From an uncultured delta proteobacterium (GTDB taxonomy: Bacteria > Myxococcota > Myxococcia > Myxococcales > Myxococcaceae): a stretch of 64,000 nucleotides of DNA. How positions within the stretch are numbered: position 1 is the stretch's first letter; every line of letters starts with the position of its first letter. Both the position numbers and the translations under genes were made by a program. Below are positions 53,789-64,000 of the stretch, piece after piece. The stretch lies in NCBI GenBank assembly GCA_963776345.1, contig CAVZMH010000017.1:96001-160000 (forward strand), read 5' to 3'. A model generated the notes under the pieces. The model saw only the letters and a program-made list of their open reading frames with translations, had not been told where the DNA came from and did no database searches.

Positions 53789-54217
53789 ATGGCGGTGCTG
53801 AAGCGCGAGGAGGAGAACGTGGTCGTTCGCGGTGGTGAGGTGCACACGCTGCTCGGCAAGGGAAGCGAGTTCGAGGGGAAGCTCACCTTCGAAGGCCAGG
53901 TCCGGATCGACGGGAAGTTCTCCGGGCAGATCTTCACCAAGGACACGCTGGTCATCGGCGAGGGCGCGCGGGTGAACGCCGAGATCAACGCCGGCACGGT
54001 CATCGTCAACGGTCTGGTGGAAGGGAACATCCGGGCCACGCAGCTCATCGAGCTCCACACGCCGGGCCGGGTGAAGGGCAATCTCGAGACTCCGGCGCTC
54101 AGCGTCGACAAGGGCGTGATGTTCGAGGGTTCGTGCAAGATGGAGAGCATGGGGAAGGGCAGCTCCACGCCGACCCCGCTCGCGTCGGCCACTCTTCCCG
54201 AGCTACCGAAGCGGTGA
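53789..54217 (+). CDS. bacM: Bactofilin, BacM-like
   Basis: GEVHTLLGKGSEFEGKLTFEGQVRIDG beta-helix; position after parB as known for Myxococcus xanthus bacM. Confidence 0.88.
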   Translation: MAVLKREEENVVVRGGEVHTLLGKGSEFEGKLTFEGQVRIDGKFSGQIFTKDTLVIGEGARVNAEINAGTVIVNGLVEGNIRATQLIELHTPGRVKGNLETPALSVDKGVMFEGSCKMESMGKGSSTPTPLASATLPELPKR

Positions 54218-54221
54218 ATCG

Positions 54222-54740
54222 GTGCCGGGTCGCCGCGGGGCGCTGATCTGCTGCGCCGTGGCCGCCGGGGTCCTCGGCGGCTGTTCGCGCACCCCGCCCC
54301 CGGTCACCGTGCGCGAGGACGGTGGCGTCGCCGCGGTCCGGCCATCGGGGCTCCTGCAAGTGCCTCAGGGCTGGTCCGTCGTCACCGGTGGAGACGGGAC
54401 GCTCCGCGTGCTGGACACGCCGGGGCACGCGGTGCTCCGGGCCGAGATCCGCAGCGGGATGGGTGTCCCGACGCCCGAGACGCTCCGGAGCGGCTTCACC
54501 GAGGGGCTACGCCGCTGGCGCGTGCGCAAGGCGCAGGCGGTGGAGGAGCCCGGCTACGTCGCCGTCCGGCTGCTCGTCGTCGAGCCGGGCGATGCAGGCA
54601 CCGAGCAGGAAGTCTTCCTCTCGGCGACGGCGCTCGGGACGGACACGCTGCTCTGCGCCTCCCTCCGCGGCGCCTCGGCGGCGACCCTGGAAGTGATCGA
54701 GCAGGTGTGCCGCGGCGCCGGGGAGCCTGACGGCGGCTGA
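54222..54740 (+). CDS. Hypothetical lipoprotein
   Basis: LGGC lipobox; begins 4 bp after bacM. Confidence 0.65.
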   Translation: MPGRRGALICCAVAAGVLGGCSRTPPPVTVREDGGVAAVRPSGLLQVPQGWSVVTGGDGTLRVLDTPGHAVLRAEIRSGMGVPTPETLRSGFTEGLRRWRVRKAQAVEEPGYVAVRLLVVEPGDAGTEQEVFLSATALGTDTLLCASLRGASAATLEVIEQVCRGAGEPDGG

Positions 54741-54835
54741 CGGAGGAGGCCGGGGTGCCGAGCCCGATTGCTCCCGGCGGTGAGCCTCGCCCGGGGCGCG
54801 CGGAGGGTCGAAGTGCCCGCAGTCACGACGCTTTT

Positions 54836-54875
54836 CGAGGTGTCAAACACCTCGTTACCCAAACACCTCGTTACC
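54836..54875. repeat. Second copy of the REP-like palindrome with 16-bp tandem duplication
   Basis: CGAGGTGT-CAA-ACACCTCG; CAAACACCTCGTTACC x2 at 54844-54875. Confidence 0.8.
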
Positions 54876-54876
54876 C

Positions 54877-55884
54877 TCAGACCCGGACTGCGAGGGTGAC
54901 CGCGAAGTCGCCGGCGCGGTCGGTCCAGCGCGCCTCGGTCCGCATCCCGGCCGTCTCGAGCTCCTGGTCGACCTGGCTCGGCGTGAACTTGGCGCTGATC
55001 TCCGTCCGGAGCAGCTCGCCCTCGCCAAACTCCACCCGGAGGTCGAGGTCGGCCACCGTGACCGTGTGCCGCACCGACGAGCGGAGCAGCATCTCGATCC
55101 ACCCCTGCCGTGCGTCGTAGCGGGCGAGGTGCTCGAAGCGGTCGAGGACGAAGTCGGCGTTCAGCTCCGCGTTCAGCACCGAGAGCACGTTCTTGTTGAA
55201 CTCGGCGGTCACGCCCTGCGCGTCGTTGTACGCGGCCTCGAGCCGCGGGATGTCCTTCACCAGGTCGGTTCCGAGGAGGAACGCGTCGGCGGGCCCGAGC
55301 TGCGCGGCGATGTCCGCGAGGAAGCGTGCCCGCGGCCTCGGCGCGAGGTTCCCGATGGTGCCGCCGAGGAAGCCGATCAGCCGCCGCCCCCCACGCGGGA
55401 GCAGCGGCACATGGCGCTCGAAGTCGCCCACCACCGCGTGCACGGCGAGCGAGGGGAACTCGGCCGCGATGCGCAGCGCCGACCCGCGCAGGGTCACCGC
55501 GTCCACGTCGAACGGCACGAAGCGCCGCAGCGTCCCGCCGGCGGAGAGCGCCCGCAGCAAGAGCCGCGTCTTGTCCGAGGTGCCGCTGCCGAGCTCCACC
55601 AGCGTGTCCGCGCCGGTCCGTGCGGCGATCTCCGGGGCCCGCGCGCCGAGGATCTCCCGCTCGCGTCGCGTCGGGTAGTACTCGGGCAGCCGGGTGATGG
55701 CGTCGAACAGCCGCGAGCCGTGCGCGTCGTAGAAGTACTTCGGCGGCAGCTCGCGCGGGCGGTGGCCGAGGCCCTGCCGCACGTCGTGCTCCAGCGCCCG
55801 GCGGAGGTCGCGGGGCCCGAGCAGCACGTCCCAGGTCACCCGTGGATGCGGGCGCCAGTCCAGCGAGAGGGGGTCGACGAGCAT
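54877..55884 (-). CDS. egtD: L-histidine N-alpha-methyltransferase
   Basis: PPKYFYD, LPEYYPTR, VELGSG, FLGGTIGN, AAYND, TEISAKF. Confidence 0.96.
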   Translation of the reverse strand: MLVDPLSLDWRPHPRVTWDVLLGPRDLRRALEHDVRQGLGHRPRELPPKYFYDAHGSRLFDAITRLPEYYPTRREREILGARAPEIAARTGADTLVELGSGTSDKTRLLLRALSAGGTLRRFVPFDVDAVTLRGSALRIAAEFPSLAVHAVVGDFERHVPLLPRGGRRLIGFLGGTIGNLAPRPRARFLADIAAQLGPADAFLLGTDLVKDIPRLEAAYNDAQGVTAEFNKNVLSVLNAELNADFVLDRFEHLARYDARQGWIEMLLRSSVRHTVTVADLDLRVEFGEGELLRTEISAKFTPSQVDQELETAGMRTEARWTDRAGDFAVTLAVRV

Positions 55885-55911
55885 GGTCGGCTCCAGACTC
55901 CGTGGGCTCGC

Positions 55912-57234
55912 TCAGGCGTCCCGAGCGCACCGAAAGCCGGCGAAGATCTGCCGGCGGATGGGGTAATCCCAGTTCCGGAAGGTGTTCCGGCTCGCGTCGG
56001 GCGCGACGGCCCAGGACCCGCCGCGTAGGACCTTGTACTCCGGGCCGAAGAAGACGGCCGAATACTCCGGATAGGGGAACGGGCGAAACCCCGGATACGG
56101 CAGGAAGTCGGACGCCGTCCACTCCCAGACGTCCCCGAGGAGCTGCTCGACCCCCCACGCGCTCGCCCCGGCCGGGAACGCGCCCACGGGCGCCGGGTGA
56201 GCCCCGGTGGGCCAGAGGTTCGCCCGCGTGACGTCCGGCGGGGTGTCACCCCAGGGATGCCGTCGCACCCGGCCCTCGGGCGTCGCCGCGGCGGCCTTCT
56301 CCCACTCGGCCTCGGTGGGAAGTCGCCGGCCGGCCCAGCGGGCGTAGGCATCGGCCTCGTACCAGCAGACGTGGCAGACCGGCTCGTCGAGCGGGAGCGG
56401 CTCCCGGAGGCCGAAGCGCCGTCGCTCCCAGCCATTCTCCGCGCGCCTCCAGAAGAGCGGGTGCTCGAGCTGCTCCGCTTTCCGGAACGCCCATCCCGCA
56501 TCGAGCCAGAGCGCGCGGCGCCGGTAGCCGCCGTCCTCGATGAAGGCCAGGAAGTCGCGATTGCTCACCGGGAGGCGGTCGATGAAGAACCCGGGGACCT
56601 CCACCACGTGCCGGGGCCGCTCGTTGTCGTAGGCCCAGGCCTCGTCGCTCCCCATCTCGAATGGCCCGCCGGGCACGCGCACCTCGCGCGGAAGCCTCAC
56701 CCGCTCCGGCAGGGGCACGGCGCCCGGGAGCGGCTCGAGCACCGCGGACGTCACCAGCTGGAGCGTCGCCACCAGGGTCTCGACGTGCTGCTGCTCGTGC
56801 TGCGCGACCATGCCGTAGACGAAGCCGCCGTCCAGGAGCGCTCCGGCCCGGGCGACCCCGTCCCCGTCCAGCGAATCGAGATGGTGGAGCACCCGCCCCC
56901 GCACCTCCTCGGCGTAGGCGAAGGCCTCGGCCACCCCGAAGAGCGGAAGCGACCCCCGCTCCCGTCTCGGGTTCCGGAACGCGTCGTACAGCCGGTCGGC
57001 GTCGGCGCCGGTCACGCCCGGCTGTCCGAGTGCGCGCAGGAGCCATTGCTCCTCGTAGTTCGCCACGTGCGCGACGTCCCACACGGGTGGGGACATGAGC
57101 TCCGAGTGCTGGGCGGTCAGGACCTCGGGCGGGAGGGGGCGCAGGAGCTCCAGCAGGCGCCGGCGGGAGGTCCCGAGCGCCTCCCGCGCGCGATGTCTCC
57201 AGGCGAGGGCTCCCCCGAACTCGCGCGCGTCCAT
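55912..57234 (-). CDS. egtB: Ergothioneine sulfoxide synthase
   Basis: DinB-like domain with H...HEQQH; FGE domain RRLPTEAEWEKAA; YPEYS; RNWDYPIRRQIFAGFR. Confidence 0.95.
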   Translation of the reverse strand: MDAREFGGALAWRHRAREALGTSRRRLLELLRPLPPEVLTAQHSELMSPPVWDVAHVANYEEQWLLRALGQPGVTGADADRLYDAFRNPRRERGSLPLFGVAEAFAYAEEVRGRVLHHLDSLDGDGVARAGALLDGGFVYGMVAQHEQQHVETLVATLQLVTSAVLEPLPGAVPLPERVRLPREVRVPGGPFEMGSDEAWAYDNERPRHVVEVPGFFIDRLPVSNRDFLAFIEDGGYRRRALWLDAGWAFRKAEQLEHPLFWRRAENGWERRRFGLREPLPLDEPVCHVCWYEADAYARWAGRRLPTEAEWEKAAAATPEGRVRRHPWGDTPPDVTRANLWPTGAHPAPVGAFPAGASAWGVEQLLGDVWEWTASDFLPYPGFRPFPYPEYSAVFFGPEYKVLRGGSWAVAPDASRNTFRNWDYPIRRQIFAGFRCARDA

Positions 57235-57292
57235 GGACCATGTCATTCCTCGGGCCGCCGCCCGGCGCAACCCCCGGGCGCACCCTGAACGC

Positions 57293-58144
57293 ATGGCCAA
57301 CATCCGGACCCCGGACCCCGGGCTGAAGCTCGACCTCGCCGGGAAGACGACCTACGGCGATTACTTGAGGCTGGACCGGCTGCTCTCCGCGCAGGAGCCG
57401 CGCAGCCAGCCCGAGCACCACGACGAGCTGCTCTTCATCATCCAGCACCAGACGTCCGAGCTGTGGATGAAGCTGCTCATCCACGAGCTGGCGGCGGCGC
57501 GCGCGCTCGTCCGCGAGGACCGGCTCGAGCCGGCGTTCAAGATCCTCGCCCGGGCGGGGCAGATCCAGCGGATGCTCTTCGAGCAGTGGAGCGTGCTCGA
57601 GACGCTCACCCCCTCGGAGTACCTCGAGTTCCGCGCCGTGCTCGGGCCCGCCAGCGGGTTCCAGTCCGCCCAGTACCGCGCGCTGGAGTTCCTGCTCGGC
57701 AACAAGGACGCGCAGGCGCTCCTGGTGCACCGACAGAGCCCGGAGGTGCATGCCTGGCTCGATCGCTTCCTCCACGAGCCGAGCCTGTACGACGAGTTCC
57801 TCCGGCACCTGGCCCGCCGGGGTCTGCCGGTGCCCAAGGAGCGCCTGGATCGAGACTTCTCGGGCCCTTACGAGCCACACCCGGGGGTCGTGGCGGTGTT
57901 CCGGACCGTCTACGACGACCCCGAGCGCTGGTGGGATGGCTACGAGATGGCCGAGAAGCTGGTGGACGTGGAGGAGCGGTTCCAGCTCTGGCGGTTCCGC
58001 CACATGATGACGGTGCACCGCATCATCGGGTTCAAGACGGGGACGGGGGGCAGCTCGGGGGTGCCGTTCCTCAGGCGGGCCCTCGACGTCCGTTTCTTTC
58101 CTGAACTGTGGGACGTCCGAACCGAGCTGGAACCCCACCGCTGA
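57293..58144 (+). CDS. kynA: Tryptophan 2,3-dioxygenase
   Basis: HDELLFIIQHQTSELW, SGFQSAQYR, WRFRH, GTGGSSG. Confidence 0.96.
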   Translation: MANIRTPDPGLKLDLAGKTTYGDYLRLDRLLSAQEPRSQPEHHDELLFIIQHQTSELWMKLLIHELAAARALVREDRLEPAFKILARAGQIQRMLFEQWSVLETLTPSEYLEFRAVLGPASGFQSAQYRALEFLLGNKDAQALLVHRQSPEVHAWLDRFLHEPSLYDEFLRHLARRGLPVPKERLDRDFSGPYEPHPGVVAVFRTVYDDPERWWDGYEMAEKLVDVEERFQLWRFRHMMTVHRIIGFKTGTGGSSGVPFLRRALDVRFFPELWDVRTELEPHR

Positions 58145-58206
58145 CGCCCCGAACGTCCGCCTTCGCGCATACACTGCTCCCGAGCGAGCCCGTGCTCCCT
58201 CGAGGG

Positions 58207-58872
58207 GTGCCCACCTTGGACGCACCGACGTATGCGGAGTCGGAGCTGATCTTGAACCGCGCCCCGGTGCTGCTGTGGGGGGGCGCACCACAGGATCGGG
58301 CAGGGTGGGCCCAGGAAGCCGCGGAGATCGGCAGCCGGCCCCTGGTCACGGTGACCCGTCCCGACCAGCTCGGGGCGGCGCTGATGGTCCGCAATGCGGT
58401 GCTCTTCGTCCCGGACGTCCTGACGCTCGGGGACGGCGGGCAGCAGCTCCTGGTGCGCACCCTCACCTCGCTCGACGAGCGCCCGAAGCTGGTGCTCGGG
58501 CTCAGCCGGTCAGAGTCGAGCGCGCGCCAGGCCGGAGCGCTCCGCGAGGACCTTCACTACCGCGTTCGGATGGGCCTCCTGAACCTGGACGCGCCTGGGC
58601 TCCGCGAGGCCATCGCCGCGCGGCGTGCACAGGCGGCCAGGCGTGCCGCCGCGCCACCCCCGCGCGCCGCGGCGCCCCCTCGGAAGTCGGGACCGGCGAC
58701 CGTCGCCGCGCGGGTCGCGCCGGCCCGTGCTCCCTCGCCGGCCCGGCCCCGCCCGAAGCCGAAGGCCCGTCCGGCGCGGCGAAGCCGGTCGGCACCGCGG
58801 CTGAAGTCGGCGCGCACGGCCAAGTCGACGAAGCAGGCCCGCTCGAAGAAGAAGGGGTCGAAGCGCCGGTGA
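58207..58872 (+). CDS. Degenerate sigma54-activator-like AAA fragment with long basic tail
   Basis: PVLLWG, QQLLV, GALREDLHYRV; Arg/Lys/Ala/Pro-rich C-terminus; start estimated. Confidence 0.7.
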   Translation: MPTLDAPTYAESELILNRAPVLLWGGAPQDRAGWAQEAAEIGSRPLVTVTRPDQLGAALMVRNAVLFVPDVLTLGDGGQQLLVRTLTSLDERPKLVLGLSRSESSARQAGALREDLHYRVRMGLLNLDAPGLREAIAARRAQAARRAAAPPPRAAAPPRKSGPATVAARVAPARAPSPARPRPKPKARPARRSRSAPRLKSARTAKSTKQARSKKKGSKRR

Positions 58873-58957
58873 GCCCCGGCGGGAGGCGCTCATCGCGAGC
58901 GGCTCCTCTGACCCGGAGACGTCGGGCCCACGGCGTGCCGTGCGCGCCGCGCCGGCC

Positions 58958-59596
58958 TCAGGCGCCCGGCCTGGCCGCGAGGCGGCGGGCATCCGAGACC
59001 AGCCGCTCGAGCGCGTCAGCGTCGTTCGAGTCGTAGTAGCCGCGGATCCGCCCGCGGCCGTCCACCAGCACCACGTGAACGCCGTGGGTGATGCTCGCGA
59101 TGTCGTCCGAGTCCCGGCTGAAGGCGATCTTGAACCCGCGGAGGACCGAATCTTGGAAGCGCCGGCTGTCCCCGGTGAGGAAGTGCCACCGAGGCGACTC
59201 GGCGCCGTGCGCGCGTGCGAAGTCGGCGAGCCGCTGGGGCGTGTCGTACGCGGGGTCGACGCTCACCGAGACCAGGTCCGCCTGCTCGCCGAGCGCGCGC
59301 TGCACGCCGGCGAGGCGCTCGGTCATGCGGGGACACACGTCCGGACAGCGGGTGAACACGAAGTCGGCCACCCAGACGCGGCCCGCGAGGCGCGCGGGCC
59401 CGAATGGCGCGCCGGTCTGGTCGACGAGCCGGAAATCCGGCACCGTGCCGAGCACCGGCGGGAGGGGGACGGGGGCCGGGAGCGCGGTGCGAAGCACGGG
59501 GAGCGCCATCACCAGGGCCAGAAAGCCGGTCCAGAGCCAGGGCTGGAGGCTGGGGCGAGCAACGGGAGCGGATGCGGGACGTGCGTCCATGACCAT
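58958..59596 (-). CDS. SCO1/SenC copper chaperone
   Basis: FVFTRCPDVCP, SVDPAYDTP, ITH...LVD..GRIRGYY. Confidence 0.93.
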   Translation of the reverse strand: MVMDARPASAPVARPSLQPWLWTGFLALVMALPVLRTALPAPVPLPPVLGTVPDFRLVDQTGAPFGPARLAGRVWVADFVFTRCPDVCPRMTERLAGVQRALGEQADLVSVSVDPAYDTPQRLADFARAHGAESPRWHFLTGDSRRFQDSVLRGFKIAFSRDSDDIASITHGVHVVLVDGRGRIRGYYDSNDADALERLVSDARRLAARPGA

Positions 59597-59716
59597 GACC
59601 GGCGGGAGTGCTAACTCGCCCCGCCGAGGAGTTCATCCGATGTCCGGGAAGCCGACGCATCACCGCCGTCGTGCGCCGCGCCCGCCTCCGACCCGACGGC
59701 CCCGGGCCGGGCCGCG

Positions 59717-60175
59717 ATGCGCAGGGCGCTGAGGAACGGTCCACGCCGCGAGGTGGTCGTCGCCGCGACCGGGGCGGCACTGTTCACGGTGCTGCTCGTG
59801 CTCCGAGTGGTGCTCCAGCTGGCGGATCCGTCGCCGGGCGCTCCGCTCGGCTGGCTGCGGCTCGGCGCGGTGCTGGTGCTCGCGCTGCTGGTGTCCGCGT
59901 CGGCCCTCGGCAGGCGGGCGCCAGGGCTCGGCCGGGTCGTGCTCCGCGTGGAGCAGGCGGCAGTCTTCATCGCCGTCACCCGGCTTCTCGGGCTCGGGGC
60001 GCAGCCGGATCCGGGGCGCCCGGGGCAGGTCCTCATCGCGCTCCTGGGTCTCCACGCGGTCGGTGCCATCGTCGTCTCGGAGGAGCTCCCGAGCGGGACG
60101 CCCCCCTGGCGAGCGGGCCTGTGGGGGCTGGCCCTTAGCTTCGGGGCGTTGACAGCCACCCTGTTTGCCCCTTGA
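59717..60175 (+). CDS. Hypothetical multi-TM membrane protein
   Basis: 152 aa with about five hydrophobic segments. Confidence 0.6.
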   Translation: MRRALRNGPRREVVVAATGAALFTVLLVLRVVLQLADPSPGAPLGWLRLGAVLVLALLVSASALGRRAPGLGRVVLRVEQAAVFIAVTRLLGLGAQPDPGRPGQVLIALLGLHAVGAIVVSEELPSGTPPWRAGLWGLALSFGALTATLFAP

Positions 60176-60264
60176 TGACTACACTTTTGACGCACTGCGC
60201 GCTTGCAGTTGACTTGAGGCCTCGTGGGCAGCAAAAACACGCGGAAGCGGAAGGGGAGTCGCGA

Positions 60265-60927
60265 ATGAAGCTCGAGTACAACCGCCACGCCCGGGCCCGG
60301 ATGTTCGAGAACGATTTCCTCGAGTTCGCCTCGAACATCCATCCGGCCGTTCCGTTCGTGGTCTACATCCCGGTGGTCGTCGGGCTGCTGGCCTGGGGAC
60401 TGATCCAGGGGCTCACCTCCTGGGCCGCGGTGGCGGTGTGCTTCCCGCTCGGCTGGGTGGCGTGGGACCTCGCCGAGTACGGCATCCACCGGTGGTGGTT
60501 CCACTGGGAGGGCAGCGGTCCCTTCACCCGGAAGTTCCACGAGATCATTCACGGTTACCACCACAAGTACCCGGACGATTCGCTCCGGCTGGTGATGCCG
60601 CTGGGCGCGAGCATCCCGCTCGCCCTGCTCATCGGCTGGGCTCTGTCCCTGGTCGGCGCCCCGGCGGTCACCATCCCTGGCTTCGCCGGTTTCGTCTCCG
60701 GCTACCTGTTCTACGACTTCACCCACTGGTCGACGCACGCCCGGACGCCGGTGACGGCGTGGGGCAAGGCGATCCGCGGCCACCACATGGCGCACCACTT
60801 CGCCGACCCGACCAAGAACTTCGGGATCAGCCACCGGTGGATCGACGCGGTGGTGGGGACGCTTCGCCGCCGCGACCAGCGCGACCAGCGCGACGCGGAC
60901 GCGCCGGCGTCTCGCGAGGTGGCGTAA
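60265..60927 (+). CDS. Fatty acid hydroxylase (FA2H/Scs7-like)
   Basis: HRWWFH, HGYHH, RLVMP, YDFTH, HMAHH, NFGIS; GGGGAG RBS. Confidence 0.92.
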   Translation: MKLEYNRHARARMFENDFLEFASNIHPAVPFVVYIPVVVGLLAWGLIQGLTSWAAVAVCFPLGWVAWDLAEYGIHRWWFHWEGSGPFTRKFHEIIHGYHHKYPDDSLRLVMPLGASIPLALLIGWALSLVGAPAVTIPGFAGFVSGYLFYDFTHWSTHARTPVTAWGKAIRGHHMAHHFADPTKNFGISHRWIDAVVGTLRRRDQRDQRDADAPASREVA

Positions 60928-60949
60928 AGCTCCGCGGGTCCTTGGCCGC

Positions 60950-61468
60950 TCAGGGCTCTCGAACGCGCGCGTAGAGGCGCTGGTCGATGATCCGCCCCTC
61001 CTTGACCGCCGAGCGCCGGAGCGTCGCCTCGAGCGTGAACCCGGCCTTCTCCAGCGCCCGGCACGACGCGGCGTTGAAGGCGAACGGCAGGGCGAAGATG
61101 CGGGTCAGCGAGAAGCGGTCGAACGCGTCGTCGGTGAAGGCGCGGATCGCCTCGCTCATGACGCCGCGCCCCCGGAACGGCGCACCCAGCCAGTAGCCCA
61201 GCTCGGCCGAGACGCGCTCCACGTCCCCTCCGAGCTTCAGGCCGATGCTCCCCACCGCCTGCCCGTCCACCACGATGGCCAGGTGGCACCCGGGCGTGCG
61301 CGTCTGCACGTGCTCCAGGAACTCCACCGCGTGCTCGAGCGTGTAGGGGTGCGGAAAGGCGTCGCGCAGGTTCCGCCACACCGTGACGTCGTTGGCGAGG
61401 CGGGCGAGCGACGGCGCGTCCTCGGTGGTGAAGGGCCGCAGCTCGCAGTGCTCGAGCACGCGTCGCAT
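60950..61468 (-). CDS. RimJ/RimL-type GNAT acetyltransferase
   Basis: FPHPYT, AELGYWLG..FRGRGVM, NAASCRALEKAGF. Confidence 0.92.
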   Translation of the reverse strand: MRRVLEHCELRPFTTEDAPSLARLANDVTVWRNLRDAFPHPYTLEHAVEFLEHVQTRTPGCHLAIVVDGQAVGSIGLKLGGDVERVSAELGYWLGAPFRGRGVMSEAIRAFTDDAFDRFSLTRIFALPFAFNAASCRALEKAGFTLEATLRRSAVKEGRIIDQRLYARVREP

Positions 61469-61497
61469 CCCGCCCATCCTACCGCCGCCGGCGTGGG

Positions 61498-63042
<1,545 letters not shown>

Positions 63043-63150
63043 GGGCGGCGGGGCTCTACCATCGGGCCCGGGCGCTCGCAACGCTCGCGCGAGCGCCGTC
63101 AGGGCTCCTGATGGACTCCCCCGGCTCCCCCTGTTCCCTGGCCGGGCCGG

Positions 63151-64000
63151 CTACCTGGGCAGGGTCAGGCGGACCGAGAAGTTGTACCCCACCGACACCG
63201 GCTTGCCCTGGTAGCTGACCGGCTGGAACCGCTGGGACTGGAGGTGCTCGATCACCGGCTGGTCCATGAAGGGCAGCGGCTTGATCACCTTGCAGCGCTC
63301 CACCGCGCCCTCGGCGGTGATCACGCAGCGGACGATGCTCACCCCCTCCACCCGCGCGGCGAGCGCCTCCCGGGTGTAGGTGATGGGTTTGCCCGGCTGG
63401 ATCAGCACCGGCCGGGTCATCCCCTCGCCGAACGGCACCACGTCGCGCGGTGCCTCGGGAATCGGGGCGGTGGCGGCAGCCGGCTTGGGCGCGGTCGAGC
63501 CGAGCGAGGCGGGCTGGACCTGGGGCTGCGCGGTCGCGGACCGGGCCACCGCCGCGACGGCCTCGGTCCGCACCGGCAGCGGGGTCGCCTTGCCCTCCTC
63601 GCGCTCGCGGTCCTCCTCGCGCCTGCTGAGCGGGACGGGCTTCTCGATCCGCATCACGACCTTCTTCTGCAGCCGGGCGTTCACCATCACGTCGCCCGAG
63701 CCGCCCGAGGTGATGGCTTGCGTCGGGTACCCCTCGAGGACCAGCACCATCTCGGCGTTGGCCATGCCGTCCGCGCCGGCCGGCACCTCGAAGACCGTGG
63801 GCGTGGCGCCCATGTCATGCCGGCCGATGAAGACGTGCGCGCCGGCGGGCTCGGTGGAGACGTGGAACCGGACGAGCTTCTTCTCCGGCGCAGGCGCCGG
63901 CTCCGGCGTGGGCGGCGCCACCACCACCGGGGCCGGCGCGGGCTGCGGGGGAGGCGTCGCGACCACCTGTGCCTGCTCTCCCTTCGGGAGGAGCAGCCAG
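63151..64000 (-). CDS. Protein with PEGA-like and TonB C-terminal domains; N-terminus outside the window
   Basis: VSTEPAGAHVFI...GATP; YTREALAARVEG...CVITAEGAV...YQGKPVSV. Confidence 0.85.
   Translation of the reverse strand, partial: WLLLPKGEQAQVVATPPPQPAPAPVVVAPPTPEPAPAPEKKLVRFHVSTEPAGAHVFIGRHDMGATPTVFEVPAGADGMANAEMVLVLEGYPTQAITSGGSGDVMVNARLQKKVVMRIEKPVPLSRREEDREREEGKATPLPVRTEAVAAVARSATAQPQVQPASLGSTAPKPAAATAPIPEAPRDVVPFGEGMTRPVLIQPGKPITYTREALAARVEGVSIVRCVITAEGAVERCKVIKPLPFMDQPVIEHLQSQRFQPVSYQGKPVSVGYNFSVRLTLPR

Noticed and set aside
54877..58144. Tryptophan-betaine or selenoneine pathway suggested by egtD/egtB next to kynA
   Set aside because: EgtD keeps the Glu of the TE(I/V)SxKF motif associated with histidine substrate, and no senB/senC-like genes are present.
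60871..60894. 9-bp tandem repeat CGCGACCAG at the end of the hydroxylase gene
   Set aside because: Short in-frame slippage in a variable C-terminal tail; no functional signal.

Overview
GC-rich bacterial chromosomal window spanning the replication origin. Gene content (bacM-type bactofilin behind parAB, an archaemetzincin-like protein lacking the catalytic Glu, a split atp locus) suggests a myxobacterium; this is inference. It holds the core origin block (gyrB, recF, dnaN, oriC, dnaA, rpmH-rnpA-yidD-yidC-jag-like, rsmG, parS-parA-parB-bacM), the F0 ATP synthase genes, a separate lone atpA, hemL, ychF, ileS-lspA-lgt, three PpiC/SurA foldases with pdxA, egtB-egtD, kynA, tRNA-Gln and assorted accessory genes. 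I found no CRISPR array, prophage, transposase or recognisable defence system, and I cannot support a claim of a complete new biological system. The best leads are: a c-type cytochrome lipoprotein gene lying antisense between dnaN and the DnaA-box cluster; two apparent CTG starts at identical ATCTGA junctions; a family of REP/MITE-like palindromes; a 30-bp direct repeat at a gene end; two structured leaders; and several proteins with degenerate signature motifs. Two clear and one probable single-base frameshifts may be assembly errors. Coordinates were counted by eye and several starts are best estimates.
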